NCBI GenBank assembly: GCA_001793095.1 | Contig: MGHG01000012.1 | Span: 72,647-136,646 of the forward strand | Source of the DNA: Candidatus Woesebacteria bacterium RIFCSPLOWO2_01_FULL_39_23 | GTDB lineage: Bacteria; Patescibacteriota; Microgenomatia; UBA8517 | DNA: 64,000 bases | Direction: 5' to 3' | Part shown: piece by piece, positions 1 to 9,540 of the stretch | Layout: every line of letters starts with the position of its first letter | How positions within the stretch are numbered: the stretch's first letter is position 1 | Notes under the pieces: generated by a model | Told to the model about the DNA's origin: nothing | The model's input: only the letters and a program-made list of their open reading frames with translations | The model's database searches: none | Made by a program: the position numbers and the translations under genes

Positions 1-2
1 CT

Positions 3-1058
3 ACCAGATCGGAAGAAGGAGATTCCCCAACTGAGAGACAATATACAGGCCAAATCTCAGATTCTGATCAAACAGGCCTCTATTACTACAATGCCAGGTA
101 CTATAATCCTCAAATCGCCAAATTCACTCAAGCAGATTCAAGCAATGACCAACTTAATAGATATGCTTATGTCAACAATAATCCCATTAACTCAACTGAC
201 CCAACAGGTCGTCAGGATTGCAACCCCAACACTGCAGGTGGAAATGCTTACCCGCCTTGGCACCCCTGTGCTTGGGTCTTAATTGGCGAGGAACTAAAAG
301 GATATTGGAACAAAGCTCAGGAGATGGCAGTGGCGTGGGTAAATAACCCAATAGAGTTTAACAAAAACTTAGGCAAAGCGATTGTTCAGACAGCACCTCA
401 AGTGATTGTGTATGCTATTGTGGCAAATTCACAACTCGGACCTCAAGCAGCTGAAGCCCTAGATACAACACTGTGTGCTTTAGCAGCGGACCCAGGGCTG
501 TGTATGATATCAGCCCAGGCATCAGGACCAAATGTAGCTACAAAATTTGACGTAGATGATGTTCCTGGCCGTGCGGGTTTCTTGCAGTCCTCTCAATTAG
601 TAGAAAAGGAGATGGATCCTACTGGAAAGCTGATGATGGTGGGAAGAGAAGAATTATTTGATCAATACGGATTAAGATATGCAAACGGTTTACACGATCC
701 AAATGGTATAACCCTTCGTGCAACAGGCGATTTTTCGCAAATGAACGTAACTTTGCACCACGAATATTTACATGAAATATACGGTAGGGGAGTAGGCCAG
801 TATCAGTCTCTTAACGAGATGGTAGAAAACGAAATTTGGGTTAGGGAAACAATGCTTGGTTACAAAGGGTATGGAAGTGGTTGGGATAGAAAGCTATGGA
901 GTGCCGAGATATCAACCTTTAGACAAATGCTGGACTCAGAAGGAGCTGCCAGAACATGGCTAAACTATACTGGCGGATCTTGGTGGTCAAATGTTTACCA
1001 AAATATGGGTTGGACACACCAGACAGTTAATAGAGTGAAAAAATGGCTTATGGAGTAA
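3..1058 (+). CDS. RHS repeat-associated core protein with C-terminal HExxH (zincin-like) toxin domain; 5' end outside the window
   Basis: Frame open from base 3 into ORF 324..1058: YTGQISDSDQTGLYYYNARYYNPQIAKFTQAD...NRYAYVNNNPINSTDPTG is the RHS core ending in PxxxxDPxG; the C-terminal region has LHHEYLHE. Confidence 0.9.
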   Translation, partial: TRSEEGDSPTERQYTGQISDSDQTGLYYYNARYYNPQIAKFTQADSSNDQLNRYAYVNNNPINSTDPTGRQDCNPNTAGGNAYPPWHPCAWVLIGEELKGYWNKAQEMAVAWVNNPIEFNKNLGKAIVQTAPQVIVYAIVANSQLGPQAAEALDTTLCALAADPGLCMISAQASGPNVATKFDVDDVPGRAGFLQSSQLVEKEMDPTGKLMMVGREELFDQYGLRYANGLHDPNGITLRATGDFSQMNVTLHHEYLHEIYGRGVGQYQSLNEMVENEIWVRETMLGYKGYGSGWDRKLWSAEISTFRQMLDSEGAARTWLNYTGGSWWSNVYQNMGWTHQTVNRVKKWLME

Positions 1059-1092
1059 ATAAGAGACATTCACACGCCGGGAGATATATATT

Positions 1093-1140
1093 GATTTTGA
1101 GGGAGAAACTGTGAGACTGGCAAAGAAATATCTACAATAA
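1093..1140 (+). pseudogene. Orphan 3' fragment of an AbiEii-like gene
   Basis: Encodes DFEGETVRLAKKYLQ*, which aligns with the C-terminus FFEKEAVRLGRKYLH* of ORF 1520..2152, including the stop position. Confidence 0.6.
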
Positions 1141-1268
1141 AGTAAGGACCTGTAATTCCATCTGTCGGGTGGAAAAACTTTGCATCTGGGTTTTTCTTCA
1201 AGTTGCATCAATGCTCCAAAATAGAAATTGTGCTAGGCGTAGAAGGCTTGGAGTGGTAAAATATAAAT

Positions 1269-1568
1269 ATGAAAAAGCTGCCGAAATTATTGAAGAAATA
1301 TTTTTGGGATATTGATTTTGAAAAACTTGATGCAAACAAAAATTCCTTTCTTCTTATTAAGCGTGTTCTAGATAGAGGCAAAACTACCGATATTAAGTGG
1401 CTTATTTCTCACTACGGGACAGAGAAAATAAAAGATGTAGTAACGACAACGCGCGATTTATCAAGACCTACAGGAAACTTTTGGAGATTAATATTTGGTT
1501 TATCTCCTGACCAAGTTCCATGCTTACAAAAGCCTTACTCACCGATACACTTCGGGCAATCAAGCTAG
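1269..1568 (+). CDS. DUF6922-like protein, putative antitoxin partner of AbiEii
   Basis: KYFWDIDFEKLD...IKRVLDRG...LISHYG motif; overlaps the downstream nucleotidyltransferase. Confidence 0.75.
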   Translation: MKKLPKLLKKYFWDIDFEKLDANKNSFLLIKRVLDRGKTTDIKWLISHYGTEKIKDVVTTTRDLSRPTGNFWRLIFGLSPDQVPCLQKPYSPIHFGQSS

Positions 1569-2152
1569 TATCAAAGTTACCAACAGTCAAAGAGGCTTAT
1601 CTTGCTGGAGGTACAGCGCTTGCGCTTCATCTTGGTCACAGAATATCGGAGGATTTAGATTTTTTTACAAATCACAATTTTGATGAGCAAGTTCTTTCTT
1701 TAGAGCTTTCAAAATTTAAGGAATTCAGAGAAGAAGGTAAGTCTTGGAAAACTATTTGGGGATGGCTAAGTAAAACAAAATTCAGTATTTTTTATTACAA
1801 ATATCCTCTTATCGAAAAAGCTATCGAATTTGAGGGGATTCGTATTGCAAACAAAGAGGATATTGCAGCCATGAAGATACACGCTATCGAAGAAAGAGGA
1901 ACACGAAGAGATTTTGTGGATGTTTATATCCTAGCTAAGGAGTTCTCATTAGAACAAATGTTTTTGTTCTATGATAAAAAATATGCTGTATTGGAGGATC
2001 ACTTGTATGGAATAATCCGCTCATTAAGTTATTTTGAAGACGCAGAAAAAGAACATCAAATGCCAAAAATGATTGAGTCTGTCTCCTGGGATGAAGTTAA
2101 AAGGTTTTTCGAAAAGGAAGCCGTGCGATTGGGGAGAAAATATTTACATTAG
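1520..2152 (+). CDS. AbiEii/AbiGii family nucleotidyltransferase (type IV toxin)
   Basis: YLAGGTALALHLGHRISEDLDFF and MKIHAIEERGTRRDFVDVY motifs. Confidence 0.9.
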   Translation: MLTKALLTDTLRAIKLVSKLPTVKEAYLAGGTALALHLGHRISEDLDFFTNHNFDEQVLSLELSKFKEFREEGKSWKTIWGWLSKTKFSIFYYKYPLIEKAIEFEGIRIANKEDIAAMKIHAIEERGTRRDFVDVYILAKEFSLEQMFLFYDKKYAVLEDHLYGIIRSLSYFEDAEKEHQMPKMIESVSWDEVKRFFEKEAVRLGRKYLH

Positions 2153-2254
2153 AACTTAAATGTTTAAAGTATGGATAACCTTCTTTCACTAACACTACTA
2201 CGTAGTGGTGTAGTAAGGAAAACATTGTAAATAACGAGTTGTTGTGGTTTAATA

Positions 2255-2935
2255 TTGACTAATATGGCATTTGGGGAGGAGTTACAAAAAGAAGCGGGGG
2301 GTGTTGCTCGAAGGGAATTTCTTCAGCAAAAGCAAGGTTTTCAGTCCCAGTTAAGGGAATTGGTAATTAACAATCCCAATGCGGGAACTATTGCTGGTCT
2401 TAATAATTTGGCTCACACGCTACAATACGAGCTTTATCAGACAAGTGGTATAACTCGGGGAGATTTTGGGAGAGGGATTTCAGGAGCCGGAACCGAATTC
2501 TTAGCACGGGTGCCTGCGACAATGCTAGACAGAGGCTCTATATCTTTAAGTTACGAACGAGGAAATTTAGCCGCTTGGTTTAGAGGAAAAGGTTTAGATG
2601 TCGAAGTGGTGGGAAAAGATAGAGAAGTTCATTGGTCGGGAGGTAGCGGAAAACCAGAATCGAATTATTATTTTAAGAGTGAAGAGCTCAGCCCTGGAGC
2701 CTTAGTGGCAATTTCGGAGCATTTAGCTGTGAGTATAAATAGAAAGGCCGCAGAGTATAAAGATAATCCAGATGACGTAAGAGTCATGTCCATAGCGGCA
2801 GCTATTGCAGGTGTCCTTGGAGAAGAAATAAGGAGTATTGCCGAGACGGGTAGACCGCTAGATGGGGAAACGGCAAAAGCACTTTTAGATAAACCGCTTA
2901 CTGACATTGGCCTTCAAATTACTGAAAGAAAGTAA
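2255..2935 (+). CDS. hypothetical protein
   Basis: 226-aa ORF with no recognised motif; start could be ATG 2264. Confidence 0.6.
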   Translation: MTNMAFGEELQKEAGGVARREFLQQKQGFQSQLRELVINNPNAGTIAGLNNLAHTLQYELYQTSGITRGDFGRGISGAGTEFLARVPATMLDRGSISLSYERGNLAAWFRGKGLDVEVVGKDREVHWSGGSGKPESNYYFKSEELSPGALVAISEHLAVSINRKAAEYKDNPDDVRVMSIAAAIAGVLGEEIRSIAETGRPLDGETAKALLDKPLTDIGLQITERK

Positions 2936-2953
2936 ATACATCTCCTCCTGCCG

Positions 2954-2982
2954 TTGACTTATAGGGAGCTTCAGAGTAAAAT
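2954..2982 (+). promoter_or_regulatory. sigma70-type promoter of the nusA-infB operon
   Basis: TTGACT-17 nt-TAAAAT. Confidence 0.65.
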
Positions 2983-3052
2983 TCAGGAAGAAATATGGAA
3001 GGTTGAGTTTAACTATTTAATTGGATTTTTGAAATTAAGAATAATAGGTATG

Positions 3053-3082
3053 TAGGTGGGAGAAATACCCACCTATTTTTTT
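3053..3082 (+). terminator. Terminator-like hairpin in the nusA leader (rimP/nusA leader-like attenuator)
   Basis: TAGGTGGG-agaaata-CCCACCTA-TTTTTTT between the promoter and nusA. Confidence 0.7.
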
Positions 3083-3163
3083 AAAAGCGATAATTATTAA
3101 AAAAATGAATGCTAAATTTATTATTTATATTTTTGAAATTTAATATATTTTAGCGAAGCATAT

Positions 3164-4324
3164 ATGCAAACACCAAGAACAGAATTTGCGCAAGCACTCA
3201 GGGCAATCGCCACCGAGAGAGGCTTAGACCCTGACGTTATTATCGATGCCGTTAAGCAGGCAATTATTGCCGCGTATAAAAGAGACGCTAAAGATAAAGG
3301 CGAAGACGTAGACACATTTGGCTTTGATGTCGATATTAATCCGGCTAACGGTGAAGCTCGGGTTTTCTCCTGGCCAGTTGAGATCGATGAAGAAGGCAAT
3401 ATAACTGAAGCGAGCCTTACTCCTCCGGCGGATAAGAAAGATGTTACTCCCCCCGGATTTGGCCGAATAGCGGCCCAAATTGCAAAGCAGGTAATTCATC
3501 AAAAAATCAGAGAGGCGGAAAAAGGTGCCTTGATGGATGAATTTTCGACAAGAGTCGGCGGGTTAATATCGGGGATGATCTTAAGATTTGAGGGACCTGA
3601 TATCCGTGTTGATTTGGGTAGAACCGAGGGCATAATGCCCTCCAACGATCGTATTTCCAGTGAACGCCTGAACCCGAATCAAAGATTAACATTCCTTCTC
3701 AAAGACATAATTGAAACCCTGCGTGGGAAGCAAATCATTCTCTCTCGAGCAGACCCGAACTTTGTCCAGAAACTCTTTGAACGAGAGGTTCCTGAAATAG
3801 CTTCTAAATCAGTAATAATAAATGCGATTGCCAGAGAAGCCGGAGTCAGAACTAAAATTGCAGTTTCTTCGAATCAGTCGGGGGTCGATCCGGTTGGGTC
3901 GTGTGTTGGCCAAAAGGGCGTCCGAGTTCAAGCTGTAACCAATGAACTCGGCGGTGAACGTGTTGATATTGTTCCTTATAACGAAAATTTATCGGATTTT
4001 ATAAAAGCAGCACTGCTTCCTGCTGAAAGCTTGACCGTTAAACTAGATAAGAAAAATAACATAGCTGAGGTCGGCGCACCCGAGGATCAGCTTTCCCTTG
4101 CCATCGGTCGTGACGGTCAAAATGTTAAGTTGGCATCAAAGTTGACTGGTTGGAAAATAGATATAAAAGGGGAATCACAGAAGGCACAGAAGAGAACTGA
4201 GGACACTGAGAAAAATTCTGGGGTGGAGAAGATTGTAACAGAGGGAGCAACTGCTCCTAAGTCTGCACCTGCAAAGAAAAAAACAACTAAGAAAACGACT
4301 AAAAAAAGCAAAACTGATAAATGA
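3164..4324 (+). CDS. nusA: Transcription termination/antitermination factor NusA
   Basis: FGRIAAQIAKQVI, S1 and KH domains (AREAGVRTKIAV, AIGRDGQNVKLAS). Confidence 0.97.
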   Translation: MQTPRTEFAQALRAIATERGLDPDVIIDAVKQAIIAAYKRDAKDKGEDVDTFGFDVDINPANGEARVFSWPVEIDEEGNITEASLTPPADKKDVTPPGFGRIAAQIAKQVIHQKIREAEKGALMDEFSTRVGGLISGMILRFEGPDIRVDLGRTEGIMPSNDRISSERLNPNQRLTFLLKDIIETLRGKQIILSRADPNFVQKLFEREVPEIASKSVIINAIAREAGVRTKIAVSSNQSGVDPVGSCVGQKGVRVQAVTNELGGERVDIVPYNENLSDFIKAALLPAESLTVKLDKKNNIAEVGAPEDQLSLAIGRDGQNVKLASKLTGWKIDIKGESQKAQKRTEDTEKNSGVEKIVTEGATAPKSAPAKKKTTKKTTKKSKTDK

Positions 4325-4354
4325 GAAGTTTGCTGATTGTGACAACTAATTATT

Positions 4355-5806
4355 ATGCTAAAGATGCGAGCACCAATTGTTACCGTTTTGGGACACGTAG
4401 ATCACGGCAAAACTAGCCTCCTGGATGCCTTAAGGAAATCTAATGTGGCCGAGAAAGAAATCGGTGGGATTACTCAAAGTATTGGAGCTTCGCAAATTAC
4501 TACAAAGGCCACCGGCCCAGTCACCGACTCGGAAGAGTCTCTGACTCGGAGAGATGGCCTCAGGCCCGGCGGGAAGAAAATAACTTTTATTGACACCCCC
4601 GGACATGCTGCTTTCAGTAAAATGCGTTCTCGCGGTGCAAAAGTTGCGGATATAGCGATTCTTGTTGTTTCGGCGGATGACGGCGTTAAACCCCAAACAA
4701 AAGAAGCACTATCCTTTATTCTTGAAGAAAAAATTCCTTATATTGTTGCAATTACAAAAATCGATCTTCAATCAGCGGATATCGAAGGAGCAAAGAGAAG
4801 TTTGGCAGATATTGGAGTGCTTTTTGAGGGAGGAGGAGGAAATATTCCGGTTGTACCTCTCTCTGCTAGAACTAAAAAAGGCCTCGATGAGCTTCTCGAG
4901 GTAATTATTTTAGTATCTGAGGTCGAAGATATTAAAGGAGATTCTGCGGGAGAACTTGAAGCTTTTGTTGTTGAAACTAAGAAAGACAAAAGAGGGACCC
5001 TTGTATCGGTAATAGTAAGAAACGGTAGTATTAAGGTCGGCGATCAAATACTCGTTGACGGAGTCTTATCTAAAGTGCGCGGTATATTTGACAGTCAAAA
5101 TAAATCTTTAAGAGAAGTCGGTCCGGGTGAACCTGCGTTGATTCTCGGTTTTGAAAAGATGCCTCCTGTCGGTTCGCCGATTAAACATTGGAAGGGAGAA
5201 GTCATTAGTGTCAAGAATCCTGCAAGATTGCACATTAAAGACGAAGGAACTAAAGAAATGCCAAATATTATTATCAAAGCTCAATCTTCGGGAGTCTTGG
5301 AAGCAATAAGTGAAAACCTACCTGTTGGAGTTAATATTGTCGGAACAGGTATTGGGGATGTAAATGAAAGCGATATATTTAGTGCAAAAGCCGGAAACGC
5401 TAAAATATTTGTTTTTGAGGCTAAGGTTCCTGTAGGTGTTGCAAGACTTGCAGAAATGGAGGGGGTAAAAATCGAAACTTTTAATATAATCTATAGACTT
5501 TTCGAAAGAATAGAGGAACTTAATTCCAAAAAAGAAAAAGTAGTAGGAAAGGCTGAAATTATTGCCGTCTTTCCGTATGAAAATAAGAAAGTCGCTGGAG
5601 GAAAAGTAATCTTGGGAAAGCTTAACCGTCAGGATCAAATAAAAATATTAAGAGGTGAAAAAGAGATAGGGGAGGTAAAAATAATTTCAATGAAAAAAGA
5701 GAAAAAGGATATTTCGCAAGCTTCAGCCGGTGAAGAATTTGGAGTAATTTTTGAACCCCAGCTTGCTTTTACTATAGGAGATGTGCTAGTATCGGTTGCA
5801 AAATAG
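4355..5806 (+). CDS. infB: Translation initiation factor IF-2, short form lacking the N-terminal domains
   Basis: [18 protein letters not shown] and TKID motifs; follows nusA. Confidence 0.95.
   Translation: MLKMRAPIVTVLGHVDHGKTSLLDALRKSNVAEKEIGGITQSIGASQITTKATGPVTDSEESLTRRDGLRPGGKKITFIDTPGHAAFSKMRSRGAKVADIAILVVSADDGVKPQTKEALSFILEEKIPYIVAITKIDLQSADIEGAKRSLADIGVLFEGGGGNIPVVPLSARTKKGLDELLEVIILVSEVEDIKGDSAGELEAFVVETKKDKRGTLVSVIVRNGSIKVGDQILVDGVLSKVRGIFDSQNKSLREVGPGEPALILGFEKMPPVGSPIKHWKGEVISVKNPARLHIKDEGTKEMPNIIIKAQSSGVLEAISENLPVGVNIVGTGIGDVNESDIFSAKAGNAKIFVFEAKVPVGVARLAEMEGVKIETFNIIYRLFERIEELNSKKEKVVGKAEIIAVFPYENKKVAGGKVILGKLNRQDQIKILRGEKEIGEVKIISMKKEKKDISQASAGEEFGVIFEPQLAFTIGDVLVSVAK
4508..4572 (+). 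repeat. GC-rich palindromic element read in frame within infB
   Basis: Outer CC.CCGG/CCGG.GG arms and inner GACTC-ggaa-GAGTC hairpin; encodes the extra peptide [21 protein letters not shown]. Confidence 0.65.
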
Positions 5807-5846
5807 AACATATGCTCTTTGTACTTTGTCGTTTGCACTAATAACA

Positions 5847-6770
5847 ATGGAAGAATCTTTTAAATCACTACTCGATTCGGCAAGATCGATATTAATACTT
5901 CTCCCGACAAATTCCAATCTTGATACGACTGCTTCGGGTCTCTCGTTATATATGGCTCTCAAAGAAGGTAGAAGTGTCGCTATTTCTGCCTCCTCCCCCA
6001 TAACCGTCGAGTTTAATCGCCTGATTGGTATAAATAAAATCGCAACTGAGTTGGGAAATAAGAATTTAGTCATAAGTTTTTATGATTATGAAGCGTCTGA
6101 TATTGAGAGAGTTAGCTATGATATCGAAGACGGCCGTTTCAGACTAACGGTAATCCCCAAACAGGGTATTACTGCCCCCACTAAAGAACAGATAAAGCTT
6201 GCTTATTCCGGAGTTTCGGCAGATACAGTGATTTTAATCGGAGGAGCTAGCGATAAACATTTTCCTTCTATTTTTTCAAAAGATTTATCCGGAGCTAAAC
6301 TTATCCATATCGGTAACCGTGAATTAATAAGCGATCCGTCACGAGGTATTATTTCTTTCTCCGGAATGGCAGCTTCTCTTAGCGAAGTAGTATTAAGTTT
6401 AATAACGGAGATGAATTTGTCAGTTAATCCCGATATTGCAACAAACCTCCTCATGGGAATTGAGTCGGCTACTGATAATTATAAGTCCCCTGAGGTTACG
6501 CCTGGTACTTTTGAAATAACGGCATCTCTTATGCGGGCAGGGGGCAGGAGATTTGCGGCCGCGGGGTTAAACTATGAAAATTTCCCTCCGGGTGCTATTC
6601 CGGGACAAATTCCTCTTCCCCAAACTCAACAAAGCCAACACAAAGTAGTAAAACCACAAACCCCTATTATGCAGGAAGAAGTCGAAGAGTCTGAAAAGCT
6701 GGAAACTATGGAAGAACCGCCTTCCGATTGGCTCCAGCCTAAAATCTATAAAGGGACTTCAATTAGTTAG
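5847..6770 (+). CDS. Degenerate DHH/NrnA-like phosphoesterase-fold protein
   Basis: ARSILILLP..NLDTTASGLSL and NPDIATNLLMGIESATDNY...TFEITASLMRAGG resemble the DHH family; the DHH motif itself is absent; ATG 5847 chosen as start. Confidence 0.6.
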   Translation: MEESFKSLLDSARSILILLPTNSNLDTTASGLSLYMALKEGRSVAISASSPITVEFNRLIGINKIATELGNKNLVISFYDYEASDIERVSYDIEDGRFRLTVIPKQGITAPTKEQIKLAYSGVSADTVILIGGASDKHFPSIFSKDLSGAKLIHIGNRELISDPSRGIISFSGMAASLSEVVLSLITEMNLSVNPDIATNLLMGIESATDNYKSPEVTPGTFEITASLMRAGGRRFAAAGLNYENFPPGAIPGQIPLPQTQQSQHKVVKPQTPIMQEEVEESEKLETMEEPPSDWLQPKIYKGTSIS

Positions 6771-6827
6771 TTTAAAACACATTGTAATTTGATGATTGGA
6801 AATTTTTTAAAGGTATGATAATATACC

Positions 6828-6884
6828 GAGGATGACTTCAATGTTATTCGCATAGACGAATTACTTTGATACTCATGACAAGAA
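6828..6884 (+). promoter_or_regulatory. Structured 5' leader of rpsO
   Basis: Nested pairings ATGA/TCAT, TCAA/TTGA and ATTCG/CGAAT between GAGG and the ATG. Confidence 0.45.
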
Positions 6885-7154
6885 ATGGCATTACATAAAG
6901 ACGAAAAGCAGGATATTATTAAGAAATTTGCCCGCGAGAAAGGTGATACAGGTTCTCCAGAAGTTCAAATTGCGCTTCTGACTGTGAAGATTGATAAACT
7001 TGCAACCCACCTTAGAGAACATAAAAAAGATATTCATTCAAGACGCGGACTTTTATCAATGGTTGCTAAAAGACGAAGACTATTAAATTATTTGAAGAAG
7101 AGAAGTGAGGAAAGATACTTAAGCCTCATTAAAGAAGTTAAATTAGAAAAATAA
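6885..7154 (+). CDS. rpsO: 30S ribosomal protein S15
   Basis: [13 protein letters not shown]...[12 protein letters not shown]. Confidence 0.98.
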   Translation: MALHKDEKQDIIKKFAREKGDTGSPEVQIALLTVKIDKLATHLREHKKDIHSRRGLLSMVAKRRRLLNYLKKRSEERYLSLIKEVKLEK

Positions 7155-7157
7155 TAA

Positions 7158-9464
7158 ATGGCTACAAATACGTCGTCCAAAGGACGATCGACCTCTGGTC
7201 AAAAGAAGATAGAGAAATCGGTTGACATCGGGGGAAGAAAACTAACTATTTCCACAGGAAATTTAGCCGGTCAGGCAAACGCAGCGGTTCTGGCTTCGTA
7301 TGGTGAAACGGTAGTACTTGCTACAGTCGTATCATCTCCTCTAAAGGTTGATCTGGGTTATTTTCCTTTGACTGTTGAATATCAGGAGAGACTTTATGCG
7401 GGAGGAAGAATTAAGGGAAGCCGTTGGGTAAAAAGAGAAGGCAGGCCAACAGACGAGGAAATTTTAATCGGAAGATTAATCGACAGATCCGTTCGTCCAC
7501 TTTTCCCTAAAGGTTATAAAGAAGATGTACAACTAATTATAACTTTACTGTCTGTAGATACAGAAAATGCACCTGAGACGGTTGCTGGGGTTGCCGCTTC
7601 GTCTGCATTGGCAATTTCCGATATTCCTTGGGCTGGCCCTATAGGTATCGTCAAGGTGGGATTGATCGAAGACAAATTTATAGCAAATCCAGCTACCGAG
7701 GACATGTCAAAGTCGCAGTTGAACTTGACAGTTTCTTCAACCAATGAAGCAATCGTAATGATCGAGGCAGGTGGCAATGAAGTAACCGAGGAAACAATGT
7801 TAAAAGGGATTGAATATGGACAAAAAGAGAGCCAGACGGTAATAGGTTTAATTAATGATTTAGTAAGTGCCGTCGGTAAGGAAAAAAAGGCAGTAAGGTA
7901 TGAGATATTAAATGCTGATGGACAAAAGAAAGTTAAGGAGCTTGCTAAGGAAGCAATAAAGTCTTTAGTTGCCCAAATGGCTACAAAGGAAGCTGACTAT
8001 GTAGCTTTTGACGCAGCTCGGGGTAGTGTTGTAGCAAACTTTGATGATAAAGAAAAATCACTGGTTGGAGGGTATTTTGATGATTTGTTTAAAGAGGAAG
8101 TACGAGATGTTATTTTGTCGGGTAAAAGACCGGATGGAAGAAAACCCGATGAAATAAGGTCACTTTCGGCTGAGGTAAGTGTATTACCTCGAACTCACGG
8201 CTCGGCAATATTCAATCGAGGACAGACACAAGCACTTACGATTGCAACATTAGGAGCGCCATCTCTGGAGCAAACAATTGAATCCGCTGAGGGAGACGTT
8301 AATAAAAGATATATCCATCACTATTCAATGCCGCCTTTTTCGACAGGTGAAACCGGAAGAATAGGATCTCCTAATAGGCGTGAAATAGGGCACGGAGCAC
8401 TGGCCGAAAGGGCTCTTTTACCGGTAATTCCGGCTGAGGAAGATTTTCCTTATACCATAAGAATGGTAACGGAAATATTATCCTCGAATGGTTCTACTAG
8501 CATGGCTTCTACTTGCGGGTCCACTCTTGCTTTGATGGATGCCGGTGTCCCGATTAAAAAACCCGTTGCCGGAATAGCAGTGGGACTGATAATCGAGGAT
8601 GATAAAAAGTTTGCTATTTTGACAGATATTGTCGGTATAGAAGACGGTAATGGTGATATGGACTTTAAAGTTGCCGGAACAGAGACTGGCATCACCGCGC
8701 TACAGCTCGACGTTAAAACTCTCAGCTTAACATCAGCAATATTGGGTAAAGCTCTAGAGCAATCTAAAAAAGCAAGAATCGAGATTTTGAGTGTTATGAA
8801 TAAAGCTTTAGGTACACCTCGAGCTCACGTATCAGCCCATGCTCCAAAAATCAAAATAATTAAGATTGATGTTGAAAAAATAGGTGATGTGATAGGTTCG
8901 GGAGGAAGAACAATCAAAGGCATAATAGCTACGAGCGGAGCCCAAGTTGACGTTAATGATGACGGGAGGGTATTTATTTCCTCACAAACTGAAGAGGCAA
9001 CGGCTAAGGCAATCGCACAAATAGAAGGTTTAACAAAAGATCCACTACCCGGAGAAGTTTATGACGGTGTAGTCAAGCGAGTTCAACCTTTTGGTGCTTT
9101 TGTAGAAATACTGCCTGGAAGAGAAGGATTAGTACATGTATCAGATATGCGTGAGGATTTTGTCAGTAATCCCTACGATGTAGTTAGAGTTGGAGAGAGC
9201 GTTAAAGTTCGGGTTAAAGAAATTGATGAGCTGGGGAGACTTAATCTGTCAATGCTTCTTTCGGGGGATAAAAAGACTGAAAATGGAGGAAGAAGACGCA
9301 CTGAATTTAATAATTTCGGAAAATACGCACGGCCTCAAAGGGACGATCAAAGAAGGGGCGGCATGAGGCGTAATGACAGACGAGGTAATTATTCAAATTT
9401 CTCAGGACCTCACTTTCCTACAAGCAGACTAATAGATGAATCCCGCAAGAAATTTGACCGTTAA
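7158..9464 (+). CDS. pnp: Polyribonucleotide nucleotidyltransferase
   Basis: RLIDRSVRPLFP, RREIGHGALAERAL, SNGSTSMAS, GDMDFKVAGT; KH and S1 domains. Confidence 0.98.
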   Translation: MATNTSSKGRSTSGQKKIEKSVDIGGRKLTISTGNLAGQANAAVLASYGETVVLATVVSSPLKVDLGYFPLTVEYQERLYAGGRIKGSRWVKREGRPTDEEILIGRLIDRSVRPLFPKGYKEDVQLIITLLSVDTENAPETVAGVAASSALAISDIPWAGPIGIVKVGLIEDKFIANPATEDMSKSQLNLTVSSTNEAIVMIEAGGNEVTEETMLKGIEYGQKESQTVIGLINDLVSAVGKEKKAVRYEILNADGQKKVKELAKEAIKSLVAQMATKEADYVAFDAARGSVVANFDDKEKSLVGGYFDDLFKEEVRDVILSGKRPDGRKPDEIRSLSAEVSVLPRTHGSAIFNRGQTQALTIATLGAPSLEQTIESAEGDVNKRYIHHYSMPPFSTGETGRIGSPNRREIGHGALAERALLPVIPAEEDFPYTIRMVTEILSSNGSTSMASTCGSTLALMDAGVPIKKPVAGIAVGLIIEDDKKFAILTDIVGIEDGNGDMDFKVAGTETGITALQLDVKTLSLTSAILGKALEQSKKARIEILSVMNKALGTPRAHVSAHAPKIKIIKIDVEKIGDVIGSGGRTIKGIIATSGAQVDVNDDGRVFISSQTEEATAKAIAQIEGLTKDPLPGEVYDGVVKRVQPFGAFVEILPGREGLVHVSDMREDFVSNPYDVVRVGESVKVRVKEIDELGRLNLSMLLSGDKKTENGGRRRTEFNNFGKYARPQRDDQRRGGMRRNDRRGNYSNFSGPHFPTSRLIDESRKKFDR

Positions 9465-9540
9465 GATTAGCTTCTTATACCAACTGACACTTTTTGCTGT
9501 GATTGAAGTTGTATGTTAAAGTGGAAGAAGAAAAGAAATT

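Noticed and set aside
91-282. 63-aa ORF in the track
   Set aside because: Out-of-frame shadow of the RHS core, which is in the frame starting at base 3
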